Part shown: positions 28,326 through 36,242 of the stretch, in pieces
Numbering within the stretch: position 1 is the first letter of the stretch
How the letters are laid out: each line of letters begins with the position of its first letter
From: Abditibacteriaceae bacterium
GTDB taxonomy: Bacteria; Armatimonadota; Abditibacteriia; Abditibacteriales; Abditibacteriaceae
DNA: 36,242 bases
Assembly: GCA_031372065.1 (NCBI GenBank)
Contig: JANMKN010000122.1
Location: forward strand, 1-36,242
Direction: 5' to 3'
Notes under the pieces: generated by a model
What the model was told of the DNA's origin: nothing
The model's database searches: none
The model's input: only the letters and a program-made list of their open reading frames with translations
Made by a program: the position numbers and the translations under genes

Positions 28326-29387
28326 ATGAACAGTGCAGTTTCTCTAACTCCGGCGCGTTTGCCGGAATTTTTATTGAATGTGGCAACGGTGCGTCCGGTT
28401 TTCATCTGGGGGCTGCCGGGCATCGGAAAATCCTCGCTCGTCGAAGAATTCGCGCGCAGTGTTGGTTTGAAATGCGTGTCGCTTTTGGGTAGCCAACTGG
28501 CGCCGGAAGACCTTATCGGCGTGCCCCGCATCGAAGACGGCAAAAGCATTTTTTGTCCGCCGCGCCTCATCGCGCGCGACGAGCCGTATTGCTTGTTTCT
28601 TGACGAATTGAACGCTTGCTCACACGAAGTGCAAAAGGCGTTTTATTCGCTGATTCATGACCGCCGCTTGAGCGAATATGAATTGCCAGCGGGTTCGATT
28701 GTTATTGGTGCGGGCAACCGCGCGCAGGACAGCGCCATTGTCAAACCGATGTCTTCGGCGTTGCTCAATCGCATGGTTCATGTGCATTTGCAGGTGTCGC
28801 ACCGTGATTGGCTGGCTTGGGCTGGAGCGAATGGCATTCATCCTTTGATTCTCGAATATATTGGGCTGCGTCCCGACCATTTGTGGAGCGCACCGCCCAA
28901 ACATGAAGAGCCTTTTTCCACGCCGCGCTCGTGGCATATGCTGTCCGATGCGCTGAATGCGGCGGGCGCAAGCGGCGAAAGTGCGGGCGATGAACTGCTG
29001 GACGTTTTGTCCTTTGGCTGCCTGTCGCCGCAACACGCCGGGCAGTTCAAAGCGTTCAACAAGCAACTGCGCCATCGCTATCAATTGAATTCGATTCTCA
29101 AAGGCGATGTCGGTTGGCCGCACGCGCCCGAAGACCGCGATGTGCTTTATTTTCTGGCGCAATCGCTGCGGGCGCGCTTGATGAAAGAACTGCCGCCAAC
29201 GCGCGAAAATTTAGGCGGCTCGCAGCAGGAATTGGCCCATCGCGCCAAGGCTTTGCTAACCGAACTGGCCGGTCTCAGTTTGGAAATCGCGCAAATGAGC
29301 GTGGCCGAACAAGACGGGCAAACTTTGCCCGCGTGGTTTATGACCGAAATCGTGCGTGACTTGCCGCGCTTGGTGGTGAAGAAATAA
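28326..29387 (+). CDS. MoxR/dynein-related (AAA_5-like) AAA+ ATPase
   Basis: WGLPGIGKS Walker A, DLIGVP, LFLDELN Walker B, GAGN sensor I, ALLNR arginine finger, TPRSW sensor II. Confidence 0.9.
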   Translation: MNSAVSLTPARLPEFLLNVATVRPVFIWGLPGIGKSSLVEEFARSVGLKCVSLLGSQLAPEDLIGVPRIEDGKSIFCPPRLIARDEPYCLFLDELNACSHEVQKAFYSLIHDRRLSEYELPAGSIVIGAGNRAQDSAIVKPMSSALLNRMVHVHLQVSHRDWLAWAGANGIHPLILEYIGLRPDHLWSAPPKHEEPFSTPRSWHMLSDALNAAGASGESAGDELLDVLSFGCLSPQHAGQFKAFNKQLRHRYQLNSILKGDVGWPHAPEDRDVLYFLAQSLRARLMKELPPTRENLGGSQQELAHRAKALLTELAGLSLEIAQMSVAEQDGQTLPAWFMTEIVRDLPRLVVKK

Positions 29388-29436
29388 TTTCGTTTCCCCC
29401 TTCTTTTCAAGGGGAGGGGAAGGCAGGATAGGGTTT

Positions 29437-31248
29437 ATGGCACGCAAAAAGAGCGGCGAAAACAAACGCGATGTTGCGACGGAAAATTTTAGCGCGGGCA
29501 TGGTTTTGGTGTCGCGCCATCCGATTTTCGCACGTTTATGGCAATACGCGGCGATTTATCGCAGCGAAAGCTATGCGATGCCCGCCGATGGTTGGGCTTA
29601 TGTCACGTCCAACGGCGAAATTTTCGCGCATCCCAAACGCCGCGCCGCGCCCGAAGAATGGCTGCACGTTTTCGCGCATTGCCTGCTGCACTTGGGCTTC
29701 GGACATTTCCGCGAACGCGAAAATGCTGCCGCGTGGCAAGCGGCCTGTGATTGCTATGTCGCAAAGTTTTTGGGAGACATGAAATTGGGCCGCGCGCCGC
29801 TGGAAATGCAAGGCGCCATCGAAATGGCGCGCGATGAAGAAACGCTGTATCGCCGCTTTTGCGAAAACGGCGTGCCGCCCGGCACTCTGCATTTGGGCGC
29901 GCTTGGCCCAACGCGCCCAGATATGGTTTTCGTGGCGCCGTCAGCTTATCAGTCGTTGTATCGGGCGAAGCCATCCGATTGGTCGCGTTTGCTGGGTGAA
30001 GGCTTGGCTGATGCGGTTTCGGATGCCGTCAAAGTGGCGGCGGGCGTCTTGCCGCATTTAGGCGCGACAACTACGATGCGCAGCGCCGCGCAACGCGCCC
30101 GCGAGTGGTTTGTTTCGTCGTATCCGCTGCTCGGCGCGTTGGTGACGGCCTTTGATATTATTGAAGATCAGCTTTTTAGTCATCGCAAGGAAAATTCCGT
30201 GGCGGCGGTGGATATTGAAGGGCGCGAAATTTTCATGAATCCGGCGGCGGGTTTGGATGAAATGGAGTGCCGTTTCGTGATGGCGCACGAAATTTTGCAC
30301 GCCGCCTTGCGCCACGATGCACGGCGCCAAGGGCGCGATGCGTTTTTGTGGAATGTTGCCTGCGATTTCGCCATCAACGGCTGGCTGATAGAAATGGGCG
30401 CCGGTGAAATGCCTCGTTTGGGTGGTTTGCACGATGTCGAACTGAAAGGCTTGTCTGCCGAAGCGATTTATGACCGCATTGTCACGGATATGCGACGCTA
30501 TCGCAAACTTTGCACGCTGCGCGGCGTGGGCGCGAGCGATATTCTCGAACGCGGCACGCCGGATTGGTGGAATTGTCCGGCGGGCGTGACTTTGGACGAG
30601 TGGTATCGCCGCGCTTTGGGGCAAGGATTGGAGTTTCATCAAAGCCACGGGCGCGGCCTTTTACCCGCTGGTTTAATCGAAGAAATTCGCGCTTTGGCCA
30701 TGCCGCCGGTGCCGTGGGATGTCGAATTGGCACGTTGGTTCGATCAGCATTTTCCGCCGCAGGACAAAGTGCGCTCCTATGCCCGCGCCAGCCGCCGCCA
30801 GATGGCAACGCCGGATATTGCGCGTCCGGCTTTGGTGCGCGACAAAGAACTGCCCACGCGCACTCTCGGCGTGGTGTTGGACACGTCCGGTTCGATGGAC
30901 AGGCGCTTGTTGGCGCAGGCGCTGGGCGCAATTGCATCCTACAGCGTGGCGCGCGAAGTGCCCACCGCCCGTGTTGTTTTTTGCGACGCACAGGCGCACG
31001 ATGCCGGTTATATGGCGCCCGAAACCATTGCCGAACGCGTCCAAGTGCGCGGGCGGGGCGGCACCGTTTTGCAGCCGGGCATTGACCTTTTGCAAGACGC
31101 CAACGATTTCCCGCCCGATGGCCCGATTTTGATTATCACCGACGGCTATTGCGACCACGTGCGCGTGCGCCGCGAACACGCTTTTTTGCTGCCCGAAGGC
31201 CACAGTTTGCCTTTTGTGCCGCGCGGCCCGGTGTTTCGCTTGAAGTGA
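29437..31248 (+). CDS. DUF2201-like putative metallopeptidase plus VWA domain protein
   Basis: AHCLLH...WQAACD and AHEILH...WNVACDFAIN peptidase-like units; VWA MIDAS LDTSGSM, GRGGT, IITDG. Confidence 0.85.
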   Translation: MARKKSGENKRDVATENFSAGMVLVSRHPIFARLWQYAAIYRSESYAMPADGWAYVTSNGEIFAHPKRRAAPEEWLHVFAHCLLHLGFGHFRERENAAAWQAACDCYVAKFLGDMKLGRAPLEMQGAIEMARDEETLYRRFCENGVPPGTLHLGALGPTRPDMVFVAPSAYQSLYRAKPSDWSRLLGEGLADAVSDAVKVAAGVLPHLGATTTMRSAAQRAREWFVSSYPLLGALVTAFDIIEDQLFSHRKENSVAAVDIEGREIFMNPAAGLDEMECRFVMAHEILHAALRHDARRQGRDAFLWNVACDFAINGWLIEMGAGEMPRLGGLHDVELKGLSAEAIYDRIVTDMRRYRKLCTLRGVGASDILERGTPDWWNCPAGVTLDEWYRRALGQGLEFHQSHGRGLLPAGLIEEIRALAMPPVPWDVELARWFDQHFPPQDKVRSYARASRRQMATPDIARPALVRDKELPTRTLGVVLDTSGSMDRRLLAQALGAIASYSVAREVPTARVVFCDAQAHDAGYMAPETIAERVQVRGRGGTVLQPGIDLLQDANDFPPDGPILIITDGYCDHVRVRREHAFLLPEGHSLPFVPRGPVFRLK

Positions 31249-31343
31249 AAACTTTGATCTGATAACTATTGCGGCAACTTAGAGCGTTCACGCGGCGTCG
31301 AAAGCATTGCTTTTGACGCCGCGTTTTTTTGGCAAGTTTTCTT

Positions 31344-32669
31344 ATGCGATTTTTGTCTCGTTCATTTTTCATTTTTGCTTTTTCACTTTTCATTTTTCAT
31401 TGCGCCCACGCGCAGCCTTTGCCCGAACGCGCGCCGTTGCTGGGAAAAGTCACTACGACTGCCGCTTTGCCGATTGGCGGCGCGACAGTGACCGTCACGC
31501 GGCAGGATTATCAAGTCGTCGGCGAAGCCGCTTTTTGGGGCGGGCGCTTGCTGACCGGTTCCGATGGCGTCTTCAGCTTTCCCGAAGGCGAAGAAGGTAT
31601 TTATTCGCTGTCGGTGGTGGCTGAAGGCTACGAACCTTTTACCGGCACACTCGAATGGCAGCCAAAAGCGCCGCTTTATGTGACCAAAATGCTCAAACTC
31701 ACGCCACAGCCGCTGCACATTTTGAAACCGGATGGAACACCGGCAGCGGGCGCCAAAGTGTTTTTGTATTGGCGCGGACAACCGCCGGGACACGTTTCGC
31801 CCGCGTCTTTTGTCGCCGATGCCGCCGGAAACGTGGCTGTGCCGCCCCTCACGCCCGCGCAGTATTGGTTGCACGCTGTTGTGCCGGGCGTTGGCTACGC
31901 CATTTTTCCTCGTTTCCTCGTCAAAGAAAACCAGCCGCAAACCGCCGAAGTGAAATTGCAAACCGGAGGCATCATTCGCGCCACGGCTCGCACTGCCGAG
32001 GGCAAAGCGCTCGGCGGCGTGGCGTTGGGATTAAAAGAATGGGTCTCCGATGCTGCTGCGCAAGCCGAAGGTGGCATCGCGCAGGGCAACGATGGCGCGC
32101 TCTATTTGCAAACGCAGCCGCACTCGACCTTAGTCACGCAAGATGGCAGCGGCCAAATGGAAATTTTGGACGTGGCGCCGGGACGCTATCAGGTGCGCTT
32201 CTATATGCCGGGCGAAGCGAATCCGCTCGCGCAAACGATTGAAGTCAAAGCGGGCCAAGCTACAGAAATTAGCGGCATTTACACTTTGCAAGGCACCAAA
32301 ACGCCTTTGCAACTCACCGTTCAAACCTCTGATGGCAAGCCCGCTGCGGATCGTGAATTTGTGGTGCGTTTGCAGCCTTTGCGCAACGGTAATCCGGTGG
32401 CGTTTGCCGCTGAAGGCCCGCCGGTTCCGCCCGATGTGGCGCCGACAGTGGCGAGCTTGTTTCAAAGCGATTTGCTGCGCCGCATCAAAACCGACAGCAA
32501 CGGCAAAGCCACCCTTTTCCCGTTGCGCGCCGACGAATGGCAAGTCGTTGTTTTAGAGGATGCGCAAACGGTAGCGACCAAACCGCGAGCGACTGCCAAT
32601 AAAATTACGTTAGGCGAGCAGGGTGGCGAATTGACAGTCAAACTTGCGGCTCCCGCAGCACAACCTTAA
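31344..32669 (+). CDS. secreted protein with repeated carboxypeptidase-regulatory-like/Cna-B beta-sandwich domains
   Basis: Signal peptide ending AHA-Q; repeated P(I/A)xGAxV...TxxDG...GxY units. Confidence 0.75.
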   Translation: MRFLSRSFFIFAFSLFIFHCAHAQPLPERAPLLGKVTTTAALPIGGATVTVTRQDYQVVGEAAFWGGRLLTGSDGVFSFPEGEEGIYSLSVVAEGYEPFTGTLEWQPKAPLYVTKMLKLTPQPLHILKPDGTPAAGAKVFLYWRGQPPGHVSPASFVADAAGNVAVPPLTPAQYWLHAVVPGVGYAIFPRFLVKENQPQTAEVKLQTGGIIRATARTAEGKALGGVALGLKEWVSDAAAQAEGGIAQGNDGALYLQTQPHSTLVTQDGSGQMEILDVAPGRYQVRFYMPGEANPLAQTIEVKAGQATEISGIYTLQGTKTPLQLTVQTSDGKPAADREFVVRLQPLRNGNPVAFAAEGPPVPPDVAPTVASLFQSDLLRRIKTDSNGKATLFPLRADEWQVVVLEDAQTVATKPRATANKITLGEQGGELTVKLAAPAAQP

Positions 32670-32673
32670 TTCC

Positions 32674-33063
32674 GTGAAAATCGTTCGCCTCGTTAATCGC
32701 GCCCAAAATTCGGTTTTATGTGAACGTTGTTCCATCGCTGATACCTTTTGGACGCGTTTGCGCGGCTTGCAATATCGCCCGCCGCTGGCGCCAAACGAAG
32801 GCTTATTTATTACAAATTGCCCCTCAATTCACATGATTGGCGTCAGTTTTTCGATTGATGTAGTCTTTCTTGATGCCGAAAACCGCGCGACGGATTGGGT
32901 CGAAAACCTGCCCGGCGGCTTTCATTTTTACGTCGCCAAAGCGCGCCCAGACCAAGGAAAGCAAACGTTCGGCAAGCCCCTCAACGCCATCGAATTGCCT
33001 GCGGGCAGCATCGCGCGCCAAAACCTGCAAATCGGTGACGAAATTGCGATAGAAACGGCGTAA
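32674..33063 (+). CDS. DUF192 family protein
   Basis: ADTFWTRLRGL, SIHMIGVSFSIDVVFLD, IELPAG, LQIGD; GTG start at 32674. Confidence 0.85.
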   Translation: MKIVRLVNRAQNSVLCERCSIADTFWTRLRGLQYRPPLAPNEGLFITNCPSIHMIGVSFSIDVVFLDAENRATDWVENLPGGFHFYVAKARPDQGKQTFGKPLNAIELPAGSIARQNLQIGDEIAIETA

Positions 33064-33090
33064 AAACGGCTTTTCGCACTCAAAAATGCC

Positions 33091-33375
33091 TTCGGTAAAC
33101 GTTTCCCGACCTTCGCGGGCTTCCCGGACGGCTTCCGCAAACGTTTCCCGAAGGCATCTGGAAAGCCCGGCAGACTCGGCAAACGTTTGCGGGACGCGCC
33201 GGGGAATGTAGGAATACTTGGCAAACGTTTGCCAAGACCATCGGGGAAGCCCGGCAGAGTCCGCAAACGTTTGCCGAAGGCACCGGGGAATGCAGGAACA
33301 CTTGGGAAACGTTTGCGGAGCGTGTCGGGGAATGCAGGAACACTTGGGGAACGTTTCCCGAAGGCGCTGGGGAAT
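33091..33375. repeat. 42-bp period tandem array with palindromic AAACGTTT core (7 units)
   Basis: Cores start at 33097, 33139, 33181, 33223, 33265, 33307 and 33349 (last one GAACGTTT). Confidence 0.92.
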
Positions 33376-33507
33376 AGACTTCTGGCAAAAGTGGCTTTTC
33401 GCGGGGCTTGCCTCCTCTTTCAGTTGTCTCGCTAAGGATTGGAAGAGGGTGCCAGCCCCGCCGAATTTTTTTGAATTTCCCATCGCGAAACCCTATAGAA
33501 TGACCGA

Positions 33508-34680
33508 ATGAAGATTGCTTTTTTCTGCGACGCTTACAAACCGACACGAAACGGCGTCGCGGTTAGCGCCTCGACTACTGCCGAAGAATTACGCCGTCGC
33601 GGGCACGAAGTGATAATCTTCGCGCCGCGTTATCGCGGCCACGAAGATGGCGAAGCGCACGAAATTATCGTGCGCTTTCCGGCAATGCAGTGGTTTCGCG
33701 CCAAAGATTTCGCCCTCGCGCTGCCGATTCTCTCTTCGCCCTACATCATGCCGGTTTTGCGTGCCCAAGAACGCTTTTTCGCGGCGCAAAAATTCGATTT
33801 GGTGCATACGCATTCGCCGTTTACCATTGGCACTATCGGCGCGCGTTGGGCGCGAAAATACGGCGTGCCCGCCGTTTTTACGTTTCACACGCTGTATCAT
33901 CGCTATTTGCATTACGCGCCGCTGCCGCTATGGTATTCGCGGCCTTACACCGTGAAACGCGTGCGGCGCCATTGCGGGTTTTGCCGCCATGTTATCGCGC
34001 CCTCGCAAGCCATCGCGCGCCGCATGAACTATTTTTGTCCCGGCATGAAGGTTTCTGTCGTGCCAACCGGCGTGCGAATTGAAAATTTCGCCAATGGCGA
34101 CGGCGAAAACGTGCGAAATCGCTACGAAATCGCGCCCGATGACCTCGTTTTGCTTTATGTCGGGCGAATTGTGCGCGAGAAAAGTCTCGATTTCCTGTTG
34201 CGCTCTCTCTCGCCGCTTTTGGGCACCAAAAACGGTCAGCGCGTGCGTTTAATGCTCATCGGCGGCGGCCCGGCCACGCGCGAATTGCAAAATTTAGCGG
34301 CTCGATTGGGTGTCAGCGACGACATTATTTGCACCGGCTTCGTGGACGCGCCGCAAATCCCCGATTTCCTCGCGGCGGGCGATATTTTCGTTTTCGCCTC
34401 GCGCAGCGAAACGCAAGGCGTTTCGATTTCCGAAGCCTTGGTTTCCGGCCTGCCCTGCGTCGTTGTCGGCGCGCTGGGCGCTGCCGAAGCCGTCACGCCC
34501 AACGAAAATGGCTTTGTCGTGCCGCCCGACGAAGAAAAATTCCGCACCGCCGTGCAAAAACTCATCGAAAACCAAAATTTGCGCGAAAAAATGGCCGCAT
34601 CCGCGCGAAATTCCGCGCCGAAATTAGCTTTGCAAAATAACGTGGACGAACTGGAAAAAATCTACGAAGGCTTATTTTGA
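33508..34680 (+). CDS. GT4 glycosyltransferase (diacylglycerol glycosyltransferase-like)
   Basis: MKIAFFCDAYKPTRNGV, HTHSPF, TFHT, YVGRIVREK, FASRSETQGVSISEA. Confidence 0.9.
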   Translation: MKIAFFCDAYKPTRNGVAVSASTTAEELRRRGHEVIIFAPRYRGHEDGEAHEIIVRFPAMQWFRAKDFALALPILSSPYIMPVLRAQERFFAAQKFDLVHTHSPFTIGTIGARWARKYGVPAVFTFHTLYHRYLHYAPLPLWYSRPYTVKRVRRHCGFCRHVIAPSQAIARRMNYFCPGMKVSVVPTGVRIENFANGDGENVRNRYEIAPDDLVLLYVGRIVREKSLDFLLRSLSPLLGTKNGQRVRLMLIGGGPATRELQNLAARLGVSDDIICTGFVDAPQIPDFLAAGDIFVFASRSETQGVSISEALVSGLPCVVVGALGAAEAVTPNENGFVVPPDEEKFRTAVQKLIENQNLREKMAASARNSAPKLALQNNVDELEKIYEGLF

Positions 34681-35348
34681 TCGCTAATACCCAAACGCAA
34701 TTGCTTTTGCAGACTGTAAACCACGCTAAGAATCACAAACGAAACCACCAATAAAAACAGCGAAGTGCGCGCGGCGCTGGCGTAATCCATGCTTTGCACG
34801 CTGTCGTAAATCGAAATCGAAACGGTGCGCGTCACGCCCGGAATGTTGCCGCCGACCATCAAAACCACGCCAAATTCGCCCAAAGTGTGCGCGAAACTCA
34901 GCACCAAACCCGCTAAAATGCCCGGCCAACACAGCGGAACTGTGATTTCCCAAAACGCGCGCAGCGGCGAGGCGCCAATGCTCTGCGCCGCTTCGATGAG
35001 GTTTTTATCCACGCCGCGCAACGCCGCTGTAAACGGCTGCACGGCAAACGGCAGCGAGTAAAGCACCGAGGCAATCAGCAATCCGCTGAATGAAAACGGC
35101 AATTGCGAGTCGAAACGGCCTTCCCAGAACTTTCCGAGCGGACTTTTTGGCCCCAGCGCCACCAAAATGTAAAATCCGATGACCGTCGGCGGCAAAACCA
35201 GCGGCAAAGCGACAATCGCTTCGACGAAAACGCGCCAGCGCACTTTGGTTGTCGCCAGCCAATGAGCCAGCGGTAAACCGATAAAAAATAAAAGCGCGGC
35301 TGTTGTCGCCGAAAGCCGCGCTGTCAGGGCAATTGCCTGCCAATCCAT
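34662..35348 (-). CDS. modB: molybdate ABC transporter permease
   Basis: LPLVLPPTVIGFY, EAAQSIGAS EAA loop, FAHTLGEFGVVLMVGGNIPGVT. Confidence 0.95.
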   Translation of the reverse strand: MDWQAIALTARLSATTAALLFFIGLPLAHWLATTKVRWRVFVEAIVALPLVLPPTVIGFYILVALGPKSPLGKFWEGRFDSQLPFSFSGLLIASVLYSLPFAVQPFTAALRGVDKNLIEAAQSIGASPLRAFWEITVPLCWPGILAGLVLSFAHTLGEFGVVLMVGGNIPGVTRTVSISIYDSVQSMDYASAARTSLFLLVVSFVILSVVYSLQKQLRLGISDQNKPS

Positions 35349-35351
35349 GCA

Positions 35352-36113
35352 CTAATTAAAACTGAAACCGAACTTTTGTAAAATCGCGCGGCCTTTTTTG
35401 CCACTCAGTTCCTGCCTGAAAAGCCGCGCGCCCGCTGCATTTGGTGCCTTTTGCAAAATCACGCCGCCTTGTTCGAGGCGTGGATACAATTTCGTCGGCA
35501 CATTCCAAAACTGCCCTTGCGCCTTCATAGTGGGAGAAAGTGCCAGCGAAAGCGCGATTAGTCCGGCATCCGCCGCGCCCGATTGCACAAATTGCGCGGT
35601 TTGCGCCACATTTTCGCCGAATACCAATTTGCTTTTGATTTTCTCGTAGATGCCCGCTTTTTTTAGCGCCGCCTGCGCCGCGCGTCCATAAGGCGCGTGT
35701 TGCGGGTTGGCGATGGCGATTTTCTTCACTTGCGCTTCCAGAAGCGCCGCGAAACCATTTTTTACCTGTATTTTTGACGATTTCGGCGCCCACAAAACCA
35801 AATGGCCGATGCCATACAAGAAAAAACTGCTGCCATCCGCCTTTTTGCGCGCGATAAGCTGGCGTGGATAAGTGGCGTCCGCCGACAAAAACAAGTCAAA
35901 CGGCGCGCCATTGTCAGCTTGCGCGAATAAATTACCGGAGGAACCGTAAGTTACACGCACCAAATAATCGGGATATCCTTTTTGAAACTGCCTATTGAAA
36001 GCGTCCAAGGCAAATTTCAAATCGGCGGCGGCAGCAACGGTAATAATTTGCTTGGCTTGTGCGATTTGCGCCGCCACAAGCGCGAAACATAACACAAAAA
36101 ACAGCTTTTTCAT
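35352..36113 (-). CDS. modA: molybdate ABC transporter substrate-binding protein
   Basis: Signal peptide; VAAAADL, YGSSG, GAPFDLFLSAD, IANPQHAPYG, GENV. Confidence 0.95.
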   Translation of the reverse strand: MKKLFFVLCFALVAAQIAQAKQIITVAAAADLKFALDAFNRQFQKGYPDYLVRVTYGSSGNLFAQADNGAPFDLFLSADATYPRQLIARKKADGSSFFLYGIGHLVLWAPKSSKIQVKNGFAALLEAQVKKIAIANPQHAPYGRAAQAALKKAGIYEKIKSKLVFGENVAQTAQFVQSGAADAGLIALSLALSPTMKAQGQFWNVPTKLYPRLEQGGVILQKAPNAAGARLFRQELSGKKGRAILQKFGFSFN

Positions 36114-36242
36114 GACTCAAAGTGTAGCAGTCAAAGGTGTTTTTCTTTAAAAATGCATTTTGGGGTCTTTCAGGACGCATTTTTCCAAAATTAACGCGAA
36201 ATCGGGCCAGTTTTTACCGCTGTGGACGGGTTTTTCCAAAAA

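Noticed and set aside
28222..31248. Integrative element inserted at the tRNA
   Set aside because: No integrase, no duplicated tRNA 3' end seen, and codon style matches the flanks.
33091..33375. CRISPR interpretation of the 42-bp array
   Set aside because: The invariant core is only 8 bp and the inter-core segments resemble each other rather than being unique spacers; no cas genes.
32824..33547. Overlapping ORFs across the 42-bp array (219, 155, 112, 97 and 82 aa)
   Set aside because: Multiple frames stay open because of the GC-rich repeat with period divisible by 3; several overlap real genes and none has a convincing RBS.

Overview
Bacterial chromosomal window of moderate-to-high GC. The gene content and repeat style are compatible with an Armatimonadota/Abditibacteriota-like or PVC-like lineage, but this is an impression only. 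It holds about 29 CDSs: purF-methyltransferase-purM, GH1, GH9 and a large clan-A glycoside hydrolase, secreted alpha/beta hydrolases, murG, a frameshifted M29 aminopeptidase, an ABC transporter pair, a degenerate HD-GYP protein, an M48 protease, a rhodanese, a GT4 glycosyltransferase and modAB. Two things stand out. (1) At 27956-31248, a sigma70 promoter precedes an unannotated 34-aa leader peptide with three AGT serine codons. The leader sits in a complete 1:2 / 2:3 / 3:4 attenuator whose terminator ends 2 nt before a tRNA-Ser(GCT), the tRNA that reads AGT. A MoxR-like AAA ATPase and a double-metallopeptidase/VWA protein follow, suggesting a translation-stress or tRNA-Ser-shortage inducible module. 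(2) Two intergenic arrays of helically phased palindromes with variable spacers occur: a 21-bp period array directly upstream of a helical+Fn3-like gene, and a 42-bp period array with no dedicated gene. Several REP-like and heptamer repeats are also present. All calls are from reading the sequence and recognising motifs; no searches or folding calculations were run.
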